Shown: one piece after another, positions 11,840 to 25,703 of the stretch | Numbering within the stretch: position 1 is the stretch's first letter | Layout: each line of letters opens with the position of its first letter | NCBI RefSeq assembly: GCF_009834535.1 | Contig: NC_045696.1 | Span: 91,452,001 to 91,516,000, forward strand | DNA length: 64,000 nt | Origin: Camelus ferus | Lineage: Eukaryota | Direction of reading: 5' to 3' | Notes under the pieces: generated by a model | What the model saw: only the letters and a program-made list of their open reading frames with translations | Told to the model about the DNA's origin: nothing | Databases searched by the model: none | Made by a program: the position numbers and the translations under genes

Positions 11840-11985
11840 GGAGCCTGAATCAGTATCTTGTGGCATCTCTTCAGCTCTGGACTCTCTCTATCCTTCATGC
11901 CTAGCACAGTTCCAGGCACAGAGCAGGTGCTCAGCACACAGAGTTGAATGAATGAATGAATGAACAAATGAACAAACAAATGAAG
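11840..11985 (+). mobile_element. L2 3' end with (TGAA)n tail
   Basis: gcctagcacagttccaggcacagagcaggtgctcagc...gttgaatgaatgaatgaatgaa. Confidence 0.8.
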
Positions 11986-13737
11986 CAACAAAAGAAGAGT
12001 AAGGAGCAGGCTTGCCCAGAAACTGACCTAGCATTAATGTGCAGCTGAATTTCGATCTTTTTGTCAGATGGACTTTCACATTGCATGTGACTTTTCACTT
12101 ATGGTTAGGTTGACAGCCTTTATTACACTGAGGAAAGAGAAGTTCATTGTGTTGTTATGCAACATAAAAGGTTGAAAATCCACAGAGATTGCCACAAATA
12201 AAGAAATTATATCTCGAACTCAGCATTTAAAAAGAGGCAAAATGGTTAATCATTTGCTGACAATATCTGCATGGTGTTTTTCAAAACATTTGATACATTG
12301 AAGAAAATACTGAATTAGTGGAAATTGATAACTGTTAGTTCTGTTTAAATAAATGAGCTTCATTATAGTTATTCATACAGAAGAGAAGAGCAGGAATCAG
12401 GCAGAGGGGTGGAGTGGTTAGAAGCAAGGGCTTGCGCGGCCAGGCTGGGGGCCAGGAGACTCTCTTCCACAATAATGGCCAGTTCATTACATATTTGAGA
12501 ATTTAATGAGATAATCATCCAAAAATCATTACTCCTAAAAGCTTTTAGTATTTTTAACTCAAAATTCAATCGGTATTCACATTGCAGTCTCCAGCTGTCA
12601 TGGATGTTAATTATGTATGGATTTTTACCCATAGGAAAAAAAAGGAGTTGGGGGGTGGGTACACAGTGTAACTCCCCACAACCTCCACTGCCCGTGTCTC
12701 AGAAAGGCATCGGCTGAGTGGTGGATGAGGCGAAGACTCCTCCTCCCCAGAACAGTCCCACAGGCTGTGTCACTTGTGGGGAGAATGACCTTACTCTTCA
12801 AACTATAAATGGGACACGTGAGCTGGAGAAAACTAACTGCCAATTTATTTATAGTCAGTGGTTTTCAGACACAATTCCTGGTTTCTGAGTATTTTGCACC
12901 TCTGAGACTGTGATTGCCTAAAATTGTTTTATGTATAAAACAAACTTAACTCATCACTTATCTGCCAGAATGCTATCCCACTGTGATAATTTTGTGACAG
13001 CTGATAGCTTACTTGAATTTATCAACCAACAGCACAACCAAATTCTAATCCATTTCCTAGTGGAAAAAATTCCCAGTGAAGTTAATTTTTAACAGTTGTG
13101 AAAGTATAATGTTCACTGTAAAAACTTGGAAAACAGAGAAAGAATTAAAGAAAATCACCCTAAATCTTTCCATTTTACCACTGTTAGAAATGTTCCTTCC
13201 AGGACTTTTTCTATGTTGGAAAATATTTTGACCTCTTAGGGAAGGGATATTTTTCAAAGATGCTTCACTTTTCAATCAGATGGTGAAAACTTGGATTTGA
13301 AAAATGTGGACTAGTTTAAGAGTACAATTTAAAAAATCTAAGCCAGCAACATGTAATTATAAGGACCTTGTGCTATGAAATTTAAGCAGGATAACCTTCT
13401 AAATGGAATATTTTTGTTGGAGCACTAGAAACAACAAAACCTGCTAGTCAACAAACATTAATTTAAAATGTAAAGAGTTGTCAGATTTCCCTCTATGAGT
13501 AACATTTCTCTCACAGCTATGTTGGATACAAGATACTGAATCTAGATCAACACTTTTCCTTAAAAGGATATTCTTTTGCTATACCTTAATAGGATACATT
13601 TCTTTCCTGGCCATGGCTAAGGCTAAATGTAATAATTCAAAAAAATGTTAACATTCTCCAAACAAGCTTGAAATATAGAAAAATATTTACATCAAGTCTT
13701 ACAATGTTAATCATTCTCAACAGCTTGCATTCTAGAT

Positions 13738-13962
13738 CAGAAGTTGGCAAACTTTTTCTGTAAAAGGCTAGGTAGTAAATATTTCTGAACAGAGACAGGC
13801 CATGAGATCTCTATTGCAACTACTCAACCCTGTCATTGTGGTGTACAACCATCCATAGATAATACATAAATGGTTTGGCATGACTGTGTTCCAATAAAAC
13901 TTTATTTTCACTAACAGGCAGTAAGTCAGACTTGGCCCACAGCTGTAGTTTATCGAGCCTTG
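13738..13962 (+). mobile_element. MER58A (hAT-Charlie)
   Basis: cagaagttggcaaactttttctgtaaaagg...ctgtgttccaataaaactttattt...tgtagttt...ccttg, with an 8-bp TSD ttctagat / tcctagat. Confidence 0.9.
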
Positions 13963-16315
13963 TCCTAGATAGTCAGCTTTTACTGGCTGTCACATTCATC
14001 TGGAGTTTTATGTTGGATGGGATTTAAGGGTTTCTGACCCATCCCCTACCCCTTACACACACAAGGCTTCTAGTAAGCATGGTGGGTAGTACATATGTTT
14101 TTCTCCACTACCACTAAAATGCCATTTAAATGATAATAAAAGAATTTAAAAGTATAAACTTATGAAAATGGAGAAGACCGCAAACAAAGGATGTCAACAA
14201 AATGTTTGGCAGAGTAAAGGAGATACACACTTGGCAGTAAACAGTGCCTGGATAATATCATCTGTGGTCCAAGGGAGGCACCACATGAGAGGGGTTTTGT
14301 ACAGTTCTGCTGAGTTCTAGTGATCTAGTTAGTGTTGGAGGCAGCAGACTGCTTCTCAGGAAAGTTGGGCCCAACCTGATGTAGTCACTGCCTGACCTGC
14401 CACACTTGGCTTATTTGTAAAACTCAAAGTAATTGCATGTAGAGATGGAGGTCTTGACTCCAACCGTAAACGTTTGGGGATTCAAAGGGCTTTTGGAATG
14501 AGAAGAATAGTCCCAACAAGAATTAACAGTTTAACTGCTAGTTCTTTTAGTGCTATTAAGCCATTTTGAAGGCTTTCCCTCCAGGCTTCTTTCTAAGACC
14601 TAAGGGAACCATATGCTCTTATTTGCAGAGTCCTTCCTAGTACCCATTGATGAGGTTCCATCATGTGAGGAAGGAAGGAGCAGAAAGTCAGAAGACAAGA
14701 AAGGCAGAAAGGAGGCTTCTGGGTGCTGATTTGCATGTCTGGGTCTCTGTCTGCAGAAGGAAGCTCAAAAAGAGGGACACTGATAGCTATGGTGCCAGAT
14801 GGGCTATTCAGATGTCTCACTCCACAGCCCTGCATGAGTCTGGCAGACTAAGGCACTGTGTTAGGAAGCCGTGTGTTCTGTTGTGACAGATGCAAACTTC
14901 AAGGGTCACTGGGGTCATATATAATAAGCTTTGCTAACTCTGAGCTAGTAACTCCCATCCCCTTCGGAGCAGAGTATTTGGAGAATTGATGAGAAAAAAA
15001 TAATATGCTAAGTTGAATGAGGTGTTTTTTTGTTTGTTTTTTGAGACAGACCCTTTTTATGCTGTTTTCTTTTGTCCCAAAGCAGACACTAGTTATGTTC
15101 AGGTCCTGTTTGCTCTATTCAGAGGGAAAAGCATTGGACTTCATGGGTTATTATTACCACCACCACATTACTGTTTCCTTTGACCTGACTTCCTTTTCTT
15201 ATAATAAATCTTCCTATCTTCTCCCTCTCTTTGATGTTCTCATCTCCTGTCTCAGCATATTGTATCTGCATTTCCTTCTCCCATGTACATTCCTTTCATT
15301 CTTTAGTTTGGTCTGCTTTCTTTGAGAATGTCAAAGAAAAAACACCCGGAGATGCCAGATGCACAGACTTTTCCCCAGCAGCTTCTCAGAGAGCATTTCA
15401 CTGAGCAAAAGCATCGTAATATTGATGAAGGTGATAAGGAGAGGGGGCTGGCCACTGATCTCCGGTTTTGGCAGAAGGTAAAATTAAAATCAAATCAAAT
15501 TCAGCAGCCCCTCTATCCCACGTGTGTTAGGAAAGGCCTGGATATGGGAACTGTGAACCTTCCTGGTGATGGAGTTTTAGCTGTGCCATCACTGCCCACT
15601 AGGTGCTGTCGGCTTGTGGTGGCCTCTGGTTCACACCTACTGGATTTTACATTAATGTGGATACCTAAAGCACCACATCCCCAGGACCATCAGGATGTGG
15701 GCAGACAACCTGCTGTTTTTACCCTTGGATTTATGTCAAGTGGTAGTTGTACTTGGGGAAAGGCTGACTCAGGAAGATCAGAGAGAGGTAAAAAAGTGGG
15801 CATTCGCCATGTCAGACCTGCAAGAAGAGCTTTGGCCATCTCATTCTGAGCCAAGTGCAGACGGTTCAAGCAGAAAGGAGGAGTTGCAAACTTAATAAGG
15901 AAATAAAATTAACTCAACTACCTTTTGTTACACTCTTTATTACCATTTTATTCTTAGAGCACAATATAGTCACATGGTTTCCTGTAAGTTCACTGGGTAT
16001 GTTTTGAATTGCTTTTTGTGAATGTGGTCTCTTGAATCTTTATAAGGAGCTCTATTAGCCCAATCTAACCTTGGTATGTCTGGGTTTTTTATTTTATTTT
16101 ATTTTTACAGCTTCTATTTTGACTATCTTCTTCCTGGCTAACCCCTACCCTCTTAAAAACAAACAAGAAAATAGGGAATTATTGTAAATTATTGAACAAA
16201 GCAATACACAGATTATAAATAATAGGAATAGATCACCATTTGATTTCTACAATTGGTTTGTCTATGTATCAGTTAGTATTTAACTATAAATTGATAGTGC
16301 CTGCTATTTGTATTT

Positions 16316-16486
16316 TTTTTGACATATAGTTGATTTATAGTGTTTATGTTAGTTTCAGGTGTAGAGCAAAATGATTCTCTTATACCTATATATATTATTC
16401 TTTTTCATATTCTTTTCCATTATAGTTATTACAAAATACTGAATATAGTTCCCTGTGCTATGCAGTAGGTCCTTGTTGTTTACCTA
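16316..16486 (-). mobile_element. Truncated L1 3' end (about 170 bp, cetartiodactyl/camelid type)
   Basis: gaatatagttccctgtgctatgcagtaggtccttgttg motif. Perfect 14-bp TSD TGCTATTTGTATTT at 16302-16315 and 16487-16500. Confidence 0.88.
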
Positions 16487-16699
16487 TGCTATTTGTATTT
16501 GATGTGACTTATCCCACTAGTTTCAGGCTCCAATGATTTCCCACATGGACTTGCTCTTTCCAAATGGGTTGACTCATTATGAGTAAGAATAGTTAACTTT
16601 ACTAAATATCTTTATGTTGATTAGTGAGTATTTACTAGATAAAAGAATAACTGCATAGATTGTTTTTATTTAATCCTGATGAAAAGCCTATAGTCTAGT

Positions 16700-16810
16700 G
16701 ATTGTTATCCTCATTCTGTGGATGAGAAAAGACAAAGTCAAATAGCCTGTCCAATGTAATTTGGCCAGTGGGTGGCAGAGTCATGGCTCCACCCTGGATT
16801 CTTGGCCTTG
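16700..16810 (-). mobile_element. MIR fragment
   Basis: ttatcctcattctgtggatgagaaaa...gtggcagagtc resembles the reversed MIR core. Confidence 0.6.
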
Positions 16811-18134
16811 TCACTGTTTCTATCCCACACTGCCCTTTTTGATATACCATCTCCATCCCCACTCCATGCCTTTGCCTGCATCGCTGCTCCTCTAGGTGCC
16901 CTCTGCTCCATTTCTCTAAGCCCGCCATCCATCAAGTCTAGAATAAGTACTACTTCCTCTGTCCTCAGTGACTGCATATACTACTATCTTGCAGTTTACC
17001 TTGGATTGCTATTTTTTAATATTTGTATATTCCTAATATCTCTTTTTAAGTTGTAAGACTGTCAGCAAGAGTCTTGTTTTTATAGCTTCAATACACAGCT
17101 CAATGCTCCATACTTGATAAATCCCCAAAGTATTTGTTGATGATGATGGTATTAGATGTCTCCTTGGTGCAGGGTATCAAGTGACATCAACCTTCTTTAA
17201 GCTTACCAGCTATTCACAATTGTTACAGCAACTGCACCAGTGGCAGGTAATCTGTAACATCTTTCAGAATTTATGCTCTAGGAGTACAGTTCATAGAAAA
17301 TACCTTCCTTGGAGGCTTTCAGTTATACTTGTAGCCTGTAGTCTTGAGTTTCCTTTAAGTCTAGAATTATGTTCTAAAATTCACTTTCTGAAATATTCAT
17401 AATATATCTCAGAACTGGCTTCCCAAAGTTAGTTGCTTTCTATTCAGTGAAACCTCACAAATGAAACAAGATGCTCCCTAATTTTCCCATGTTAGACACA
17501 TGATGATGAACTCAACTTGGAATAGATTCCTAGTGGACATCTAGGAAAACCAGGCTCAGTTAGGAGTTGCTAAAGGCCACTTCTTGCAAGAGCTTCAGAG
17601 TTTAAGACAGTAGATATATACTGTATGGAGGTCCCGTACAACTTATAACAACCTATCTGACGTCATCAAACCTCTTGATAAATACATACCACTCTCAAGA
17701 GTTTTTAATTGAGGCTGTCAGGTGGCAGTGAGGCCAGAATGCCTTGGTTCAGAACTGCCAGCTGGAGAGAGGAATGAGGTAGATGTCTCACATGTAGATA
17801 ATCTTAGGCTTGTCCTCCTTCCCTCGGGGCAAAACATGTAAATAGACCCATTTTAGTGGAGCTCAATAATGAAATTTCCTAAAATTTCCTGTGTCCTAAG
17901 TCTGGTTGTTGTTATACATTTTGCAGAATTGTAAAGTAATTGGTAGCACATGGAATGGTACCTGCAGGGGATCAGGGCTTGCCTGCCTTGTTTGCCTCTG
18001 CATAACTTTTGATATATCTCTGCTTGGTGGAGCCAAATGTTTATTTATGACATATGGGCTTCCACTGACTCAGTGTGACCACAAAGTGACTCTATTATTG
18101 CCAGAAATCAACTACATTTGCATCATGTAAATAT

Positions 18135-18158
18135 ACACATACACACACACACACACAC
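18135..18158. repeat. Short interrupted (AC)n microsatellite
   Basis: acacatacacacacacacacacac read directly. Confidence 0.85.
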
Positions 18159-18861
18159 GCATCCATATATGTTTATATTTCAAAATTCATATAAATTCCA
18201 AAATTACTTTCATGTCTTTGTGCCAGCTCCTATGAAAATATCCCAGATTTGTTTCTGATCATTTTACTGTTAACTTCTTTGTATTCTTACTACTGTATGG
18301 AAATCTAACTTGTGTTTGGCGACCATAAATAGTACATAGTAGGAAACAGGTGAGTTCTTCCCAATGAATTTTCCCTGGAGATTTTGTAATTGGCAAAGTG
18401 TTCAGATTCCTGTTCCTAGAGCTGAGTCAGACTTGTCACTGTTGTAGAAAGTCTTTCTAGTGGTTACCAAAAATTCACTGGAGAAATAATGAAAAATCAA
18501 TACAGTCACTTAAAGATAAGTTAAATTAAAATTTTTTTCTTAACTTATATTTCATTATTCTTACTTTGGAGGGAGTATTGGCTGGAAATATTAGAAATAA
18601 TATTGAAATTAATCCAGAAATATGAACATGTTGCCACAATAACCTTTTTCTATAATTATGAGCAGTCAGTCACCCAGTCAGAAATGACCCCAATGTGAAT
18701 ACTGTTTGTAACGGCAACTACTCATCTGTCTGCACAATCGGGACAGAAAAGTGACTCCAGAGGTCACTATTTAAGTACATCTCCTTCACCATTAATATGA
18801 TGGTTTTGTTTTTAAATTTGGATATTATAAGAGCAAAGAAATAGTTGTTTAAAAATATACG

Positions 18862-19410
18862 ACCACTCCTCAAGAAATTAAACATAGAATTACCTTCCTT
18901 AGAGCCAGCAATTCCATTCCCAGGTGTATACCTAAAAGAACTAAAATAAGCATTCCAACAAATCCATACACTATGTAAATGTTCACAGCAGCCCTGTTCA
19001 CAAAACCTCAAAGCTGGACACAATCAAAATGTCCATCAGTGATTGAATAGATAACAAAATGTAGCATATCCATCAGTGGAATATTTAGTCTTCAAAAGGA
19101 ATAGATACATGCTACATCGTGGATGAACATCATGCTAAATGAAAGAAGTAAGATACAAAATATGAAATATCCAGAATAGGCAAATCCACAGAAACAAAAT
19201 GCAGATTTGTGGTTGTCAGGGGCTAAGGGGAAGTGGAATGATAAGTAACGGCTTAGTGGGTCAGGGGTTCCATTTGGAGTAATGAAAAAGTTCTGGAACT
19301 AGACACAGGCGATGGTTTCACATTATAAATGTATTTAATGCCACTGAATTAGATTCTTTAAAATGGTTATTATGGTAAATTTTACGTTGTGTGTTTTACA
19401 GTTTAAAAAT
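18862..19410 (+). mobile_element. L1MB-type ORF2 end and 3' UTR
   Basis: aaattaaacatagaattacc...ccagcaattcc...aaatgtccatcagtg...gaataggcaaatccacagaaac...aatgccactgaatt. Confidence 0.85.
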
Positions 19411-19514
19411 TTTTTTTAAATATGACTACACATTCTGTGACAAACTCCGTCCTTAATAAGCAGCAACTACTCCATCATTATAGTATGGCTCTGGGTTAAT
19501 CTCTCTGTGCTGCT

Positions 19515-19700
19515 ACTAGTAGCAGCAAGCACTCTGTGCTAGGTACCATTTTAAATGCTTTACTCTACTCTGAGCAAGTATTATTCCTAAGTAACAAATG
19601 CAGAAAGTGAAATACAGAAGTGAAAATGAAATTTTCCCCAAATCACATAACTTGCAGATGGTAGACCTGATATTTGATGCCAGGTTGTCTAGCAACAAAG
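19515..19700 (-). mobile_element. MIR fragment
   Basis: tgtgctaggtaccattttaaatgcttta...ccaaatcacataact...ccaggttgtct. Confidence 0.6.
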
Positions 19701-22087
19701 CAACAAAGCCTGTACCGCTGGCTGCTGTGCTATTGGGTGAGCTAATGTTGTCCTGTGATAATAAAGCTGATGTGCTTATGGCAGCATGTTCTCAGGCTCC
19801 CAGAATAATGTCGATGAAGTTTCGGTCCTTAAAGAACAGACTATTTTCATGCAAATCTGCAAAGTACAAACATTTCTATTACTTTTATTATTTGTTTGGT
19901 TACCATATAATCAATTAGATCAGTGGTTTAATTACCATTGAACATACATATACCATGAAAGAACTACAAGAAGTGCAATTCCCTTTGGGTGCAAGTTCAC
20001 TGTGCTGTGCAAGGCTATTGGCTGTGGTCAGAGGTATCCTGTGGCCATTTGCAGTCTTCTGTTGGAACAGGAGTTACATGCAATTTCTCAAATATATCTC
20101 TCCCTCCTTGTCTTTCATTCCTGGGGCTAGACTTAGTAAGCTAAATGAGGTTTGGCTGAGTCATAAAGCAGGGACTTGGCCATAAGGCATGCAGGGGGCT
20201 GAGAAAAGTAAGGAATATCATAAACACAGAGAATGGGTCCAGAAGTGATAGGTGAGAAGAAACTAACTAGAATAAAATAGCAGCTTCCTTCAGGGATTTC
20301 TGTACAATCCCGAATCAAACTGTCTGAGAAGTGTGCCTCACTTGCGTTGCATTGCAGAGCCTCTGTATTGCCCAGCTCTAGAAAGGCATCATTTACCCTG
20401 TGGCCTGTGAATAACACCCTGTGGACTCATGCAGAGGAAAGCCTGTGTGGCTATAAGCAGAGGTCCCTCAGATAAAGCCTGAAGTCATATCTAAAAGGAT
20501 GTAGTCTGCAAGGCAACCAGAGCTCTTGGACAGACACAGTTCTTGGCAGCAAGTAAATGCTGAAGGGCACGTTTCCAGCATATACCATTGAAGTAGACAC
20601 AGGGAGACCCACAAACAGGGCCATTCTCCTGATGGGAGGGCACAGGCAGCAGTTAGGCAGGATTCAGAGACAGCTCCCATTCCAATGAGGAGATGGAGTG
20701 GGTCCCACCAGTGGGGAGGAAGTAAGGACCCATGACTTACTGTTCACCTATCTTAATCTCTGTTCATCCCACCCAGACTTCATCTAGCCCAGTAGAATTA
20801 GTGGTGACAGAGCTCCTGGTTAACCATCAGGTCTGCCTCCCTTGGTTCTGTAAGTGGCTCAAGCAAAGCCTGCCATGGGAAATTGTTACTCTTGATAGGC
20901 AGCTAGGGCTGGCGTAGGCAAGGGCAGGTTTCATGATATTCGTACCTGGAGCGCAGCCATTTCAGGCTCCTCATTAGTGCTTATGGAAACTTAGTATTAT
21001 AGCTCTTTCTTGCCTGTTCGCCATCCAAATCCTAGGAAAGACCCCTGATCGTTTATCCCCTCTGTTCTTTTCCTGCCACTTCTCTCAGTCCAGGAGTCCA
21101 GCCCAGGACTCGATAATAATGAAGTGTTTCCTTACAGCACTTTTTCATACAGAACATTACCAGATAATATGTGTTTACTCTAATGATTGGGTATTTATGA
21201 AGGTGGAAAGTCCTCTCCTGGGGGCACCAAACCAATGGTTTTCTGCTAGGAGATTTCCTTTGAACAAGGTGCTATCACATAGTATAGATGGGTTTTAAAT
21301 ATTTCAACCATTTTCAAGCTGGCTCTGGGTCATAAATATCTCTCATCGAGACTTTTGGATTCTCAGATTCTCCTTCATAAGAGGGCTCTCAGTGAAGTAG
21401 AAAAAATGGCAATGAGGCCCTGCCAATGTAAAAACACTATTTAATTTCAAAATGGAGCCATTATAATCTAAATACACAGCAGGGGGAAATTGGACTGTGC
21501 ATTTTGCCATGCTTTTAAGTGTTTTGAACCTTAAGAATAGCTTTCTGAGCTGGTTCCATTTCAATCCTGTCTTAGAAGAGAGAAACTACCATTCAAAGGC
21601 CCTTCCAGCTCTGGGACTTTATGATTTTTTTAACAAGCACCTGGCATCAGATTTCCCACATAAGGCACATTTTTGAAATGCCAGAGGTTTTTTTGGTGGT
21701 GTGGGGGAGGCAAGAGGCTACTCCTACAGCCTCAGTTGAATGAATGGTGATTGTCTTCTCACCCCATAATTCATGCTACCCTCTGGACCACTGGGAAATA
21801 GTCAGTTGAGGCAGGGATAATTCAACTATTAACCCTCACTTTAGTTCTTCAATAGATTTTTCTGTCTTCCTCTGTGGGACAAAATATTTAACCAGATGTT
21901 TCAAATTTACAACTAGAAAGTTGAGTTTCTGAAATCTAAATGACATTACTACTCTGTTTTATGATATAACTTGTTCTTTTCTCTGGGCAGCAATAAGAAA
22001 ATAATTAACCAGAAACAGTAAAAAAAAAAAAAAGTTGATTCTGTTTAATATTAACTGTGACGATTGATGTCATTATCACCAGATTTT

Positions 22088-22139
22088 TTAAAAATATATT
22101 TTTATTGAAGTATAGTCAGTTAAAAATATTGTGTCAATT
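22088..22139 (-). mobile_element. Extremely truncated camelid-type L1 stub (about 50 bp)
   Basis: tttttattgaagtatagtcagtt...ttgtgtcaattt is the same terminus as the 8611 copy. 15-bp TSD ttatcaccagatttt / ttatcactggatttt. Confidence 0.8.
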
Positions 22140-22682
22140 TTATCACTGGATTTTAGGTCACATAAGAATGAAACAAATTACATTCAAGTACAGCTTGAAA
22201 GCAAGCAATAGATAAAATGAAGGCTTTCAAAGATATGTTGACCTCTGTCATATGTAACACTGATTTATAGAAAAATGATTTTGTGATTATGACATTAACT
22301 TTTACTGTAGACGTTCAGGTTTCCAAGGCTAACTCAATAGAGGCAGTTTATCCCCTTGACTTATTTCCCTGATTGCTATGCTTTCAGTTAAAGGAGTTCC
22401 CACTGGGGAACAGTAGTACTTTGAGTTGGAATTTCATGGGTCAGTCACGTAGGCTTCCTTCAAGAGAGGTTTGGGCATGAAAGGAAATGTGCCACGACTC
22501 ATCCAATTGTGCTACACAGATCAAAACTGCAATCAAAACCAAATAAACCATCATGTCTCTAAATACTGTAAAAATGAAAGTGATACAAAATTTATAATAG
22601 GATTTACATAACTTAAAATACCTACGTATAAATGAAATCCTCTTTGACTCCATCTATTATTAATTTCTGCTTAAATCAGACA

Positions 22683-22842
22683 TAGTAAATTACTTAATGT
22701 CTTTGAGCTTCAGATTCTCCTTCTACCCTGGAAGTATGTACATCACAGGATGTGATGTTGTGAGCGTGAAGGGGCAATACACCCATAAAGCTCTTAGAAT
22801 GGAGCCCGACATATAATAACCAATCAATTAACGTTAGCTAGT
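22683..22842 (+). mobile_element. MIR fragment
   Basis: aattacttaatgtctttgagcttcag...aaagctcttagaat...gttagcta. Confidence 0.65.
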
Positions 22843-23344
22843 TTTTCCCTTTTTTTGCTGCAAGAAAGTCTTCTTCTCACTTGGGATGCTTTGAATACAG
22901 CAAAGTATCAAGCCTTTTCTGAGAGCTTCCTGGTGGCATTCTTGCTATACATGTCTCTGGCTTCTGAGCCTTGAAATAGCAACAGCATCAAAAGCCTCTC
23001 TTACTCACTACTCATGACATCCTAGAATTTTGAAGGATTTCAGAGATGAAGTGAATGACTTCAGCACTGCTTTGAGATCTTCTTTCTTGCTAGATCTTCT
23101 GTCATGTTTCCAGAGAAATTTATTTCAGTTGTATAGAATTTTATTTCAGCCTGCACTTCAGTATTAGCTCTATAAGTTCTTTTTAAAACAAGCAATTAGG
23201 TGAAAATTTCAGGACACTAAGAGACCTAGAGATTCCAGGGGTCATTAGGATCTCCTTTTCTCTAATCAGAACAGCACTACAGCAGACCACCTAGCTGAGG
23301 GTCAATTTCTTTCTCCATATAGTCATAGTTGTAATTGTGATCAT

Positions 23345-23690
23345 GAAAATGGTAAGACACATTACTAAGTAAGTACTTGCTCTGTGTAAAGCACACTTCT
23401 GTCTGAAAACCTCGCATGAATTCATTTCTTTTGTGCTCGTGTTAACCAAGGTGACCAACTCTTGGTTTGTGCAAGTCTTTCCCAGTTTTAGCACCAAAAG
23501 TTTTAAGTCTGAGGAGCCACCTCAGTCCCAGGCAAACAGAGATGGTTGATCACTCTAAACAACTCTTAGATATAGGTGCTATTATTATTGTTCACAAGTA
23601 AGCCACAGAGAGGTTATGTAGCTTGCCCAAGGACATAAAGCTAGTAAGGAGGAGAGTCTAGCTTCGAGTCTGGGCTTTTAACCACCATCG
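23345..23690 (-). mobile_element. MIR interrupted by MER81
   Basis: The reversed MIR core (ggtgctattatt...cacagagaggttatgtagcttgcccaagg...gctagtaag...tttaaccac) lies on both sides of the MER81. Confidence 0.7.
23447..23557 (-). mobile_element. MER81 (hAT-Blackjack)
   Basis: Inverted termini aggtgaccaact / ggttgatcactcta, with internal ctttcccagttttagcac and cctcagtcccaggcaaac. Confidence 0.85.
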
Positions 23691-25469
23691 CGGAGCAGAA
23701 CTGGATTTTAGATGAGGGGTCAGAGCAATTGGCCAGAGAATGGCTTCTAAGGGGAGGGGCTTTTCAGTCCCTGTCTCAGGGCAGAAACATTGGTTATAAG
23801 AGCATCCAAGAATCTCCATCACGTGAAAGTTAATGGACAAGTCTTACCCTGTTCTTTAGGAGCAACATAAAACAGCAAGCCGATACAATTTCTCAACTGT
23901 TTTCACATAAGAAATTTGCAAGTATATATACACAAAGAGACACTACAGATCACTGCATGTGATTAGATTTCAGCCCTCACGTGCAAAGTGTCCCAGTACC
24001 CTTCCTCAGCTGACTCCCCACCCTCTACCCTTTGCTGCTTGACTCTTAATAAAACTCTCTACTTTCTGTTAGGACAAGATTTCTGTCTCCACCCGATCTT
24101 CTTGTTCAGTGTAATTTTATTCTCTATCACTACTTTCACTTATTGTAAGATTGCAGCATTTCACATTACAACTCAGCTTTGTAGAGGAAATCCACCATCA
24201 TTTGTCTAGAGCTTTTCATGGACAACTAACCATTGGTCAGTAAGGGGGAAATTAACTGAGTCTTTGTTTAAATTTCATCTCATCCGATCACTTGAGTTGT
24301 ACATTTAGGAAACAACCTCTCATTTGGTTATAAATATTCTTTCTCTTACACCCCCCATCCTTATCTCCCTAAGGTGGCTTCTGGAAGCATGAGGAAGTGG
24401 GTCCTGTTTCCTTGTGATGGTGGAACAGCTTTGTGCCTAGAGGATGGGAGTGTCTTCCTGTGTAAAGGATAAGGTCCTTTGCTTGCTGATTACCCTCTCA
24501 GCTAAAGTCTAGGATGATGTTACTTATCTTCCAGGCACTATGTGCATGGGCAGGCCCATAGCTCTACCTGGCAGTCTGACTGCACCTCAGCACCCACTGA
24601 TGCTGTGGCCCGCTCCGAGGCCTGGTTGGGACAGTGCTTTCTGCACTACACTGGGCAGAACTCCTCCTCACTACAGTGATTTCTCTGAAAAGCTGTCCAG
24701 CAAGAACCTCAACCTCTTCTTTCTCATATCCACTCCATTATAGAGGCAGGGGTGGTCCATGAGAGCTGAATCTCAGACCTTCTCTGCCTGCCTCCAACCT
24801 ATGCTTTTAACTAAGTTGGCTTCCCTGGACTGGTGCAGAGAGCCACCTGGGAGTGGATCACCTTCCTAAAGGTCACCATTGCCCTCCATGTTACCATACT
24901 TAATTTAATATACGCCCCTTCCCCAAACTGAAGTCCAAACATAGGGAAGGCAGAACCCATTTCTGATGTCTTCTCTTCATAATCTCCCCTGCTAGAACTT
25001 AAAAGTCTTCTTTTACTTCTTCTATATTATATTCTCCCTTCCAACCATAAAACTGATCTAGCTGCCATCCTCTCCACATCACAGGTCTGTAATGGAAGTT
25101 CTCCATGCTCAGGGGTTGATAGATTAAAGGAAGATAAAGAAATGTATAAAATCCTTCCTCAAGACAAAAGCTTTGCTTGCAAGGCTGTTGCTGTGCTGTA
25201 TCATACAATTTCAGCAGTTAAAAGATGGATTCCTTCTTACCTTAGTCTTTCTCTTTGTATTCCTCTAACAGTCTAATGTCTACCCCACCACCACTTCATG
25301 GCCACCCTGCCAGGTAGGTGGAGGCTCTAGTGTGTTGGGGCAAAGCTTAAGAGAAAAATACATTTAAAACTAGAAATATTAGCCTCATTGCTTGGTAATT
25401 TAGTGAGACATCATTTAAATTACCTGCTTTAACCAATATCAACTTTTTCATTGTATATGACTGTTTTCT

Positions 25470-25700
25470 TTCTAAATTATATAGCTAATACATGAACATA
25501 AACCCATAAGGAAAGAATTAAAATAATACAGAAGTATGTGGAATAAAATGTGCATGCTCCCCTCCCCTAATCCCACTTCTCAACCAGAAGTAATTATTGT
25601 CAATGGTTGATATATAGTTTGCCAGATCTTTCTCCCATGCATTTATATAAATATATGTGTTTATGTACTAATCCATAATTTTGACTTTTTTTCCAAAATA
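25470..25700 (-). mobile_element. L1ME-type 3' UTR remnant
   Basis: aatacagaagtat...cctaatcccact...ccagaagtaattattgtcaatgg...ccagatctttctc pattern. Confidence 0.55.
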
Positions 25701-25703
25701 AGA

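Noticed and set aside
15017..15895. ORFs of 102, 175 and 66 aa
   Set aside because: No recognisable protein similarity or coding-like composition, and lengths expected by chance in 64 kb over six frames.
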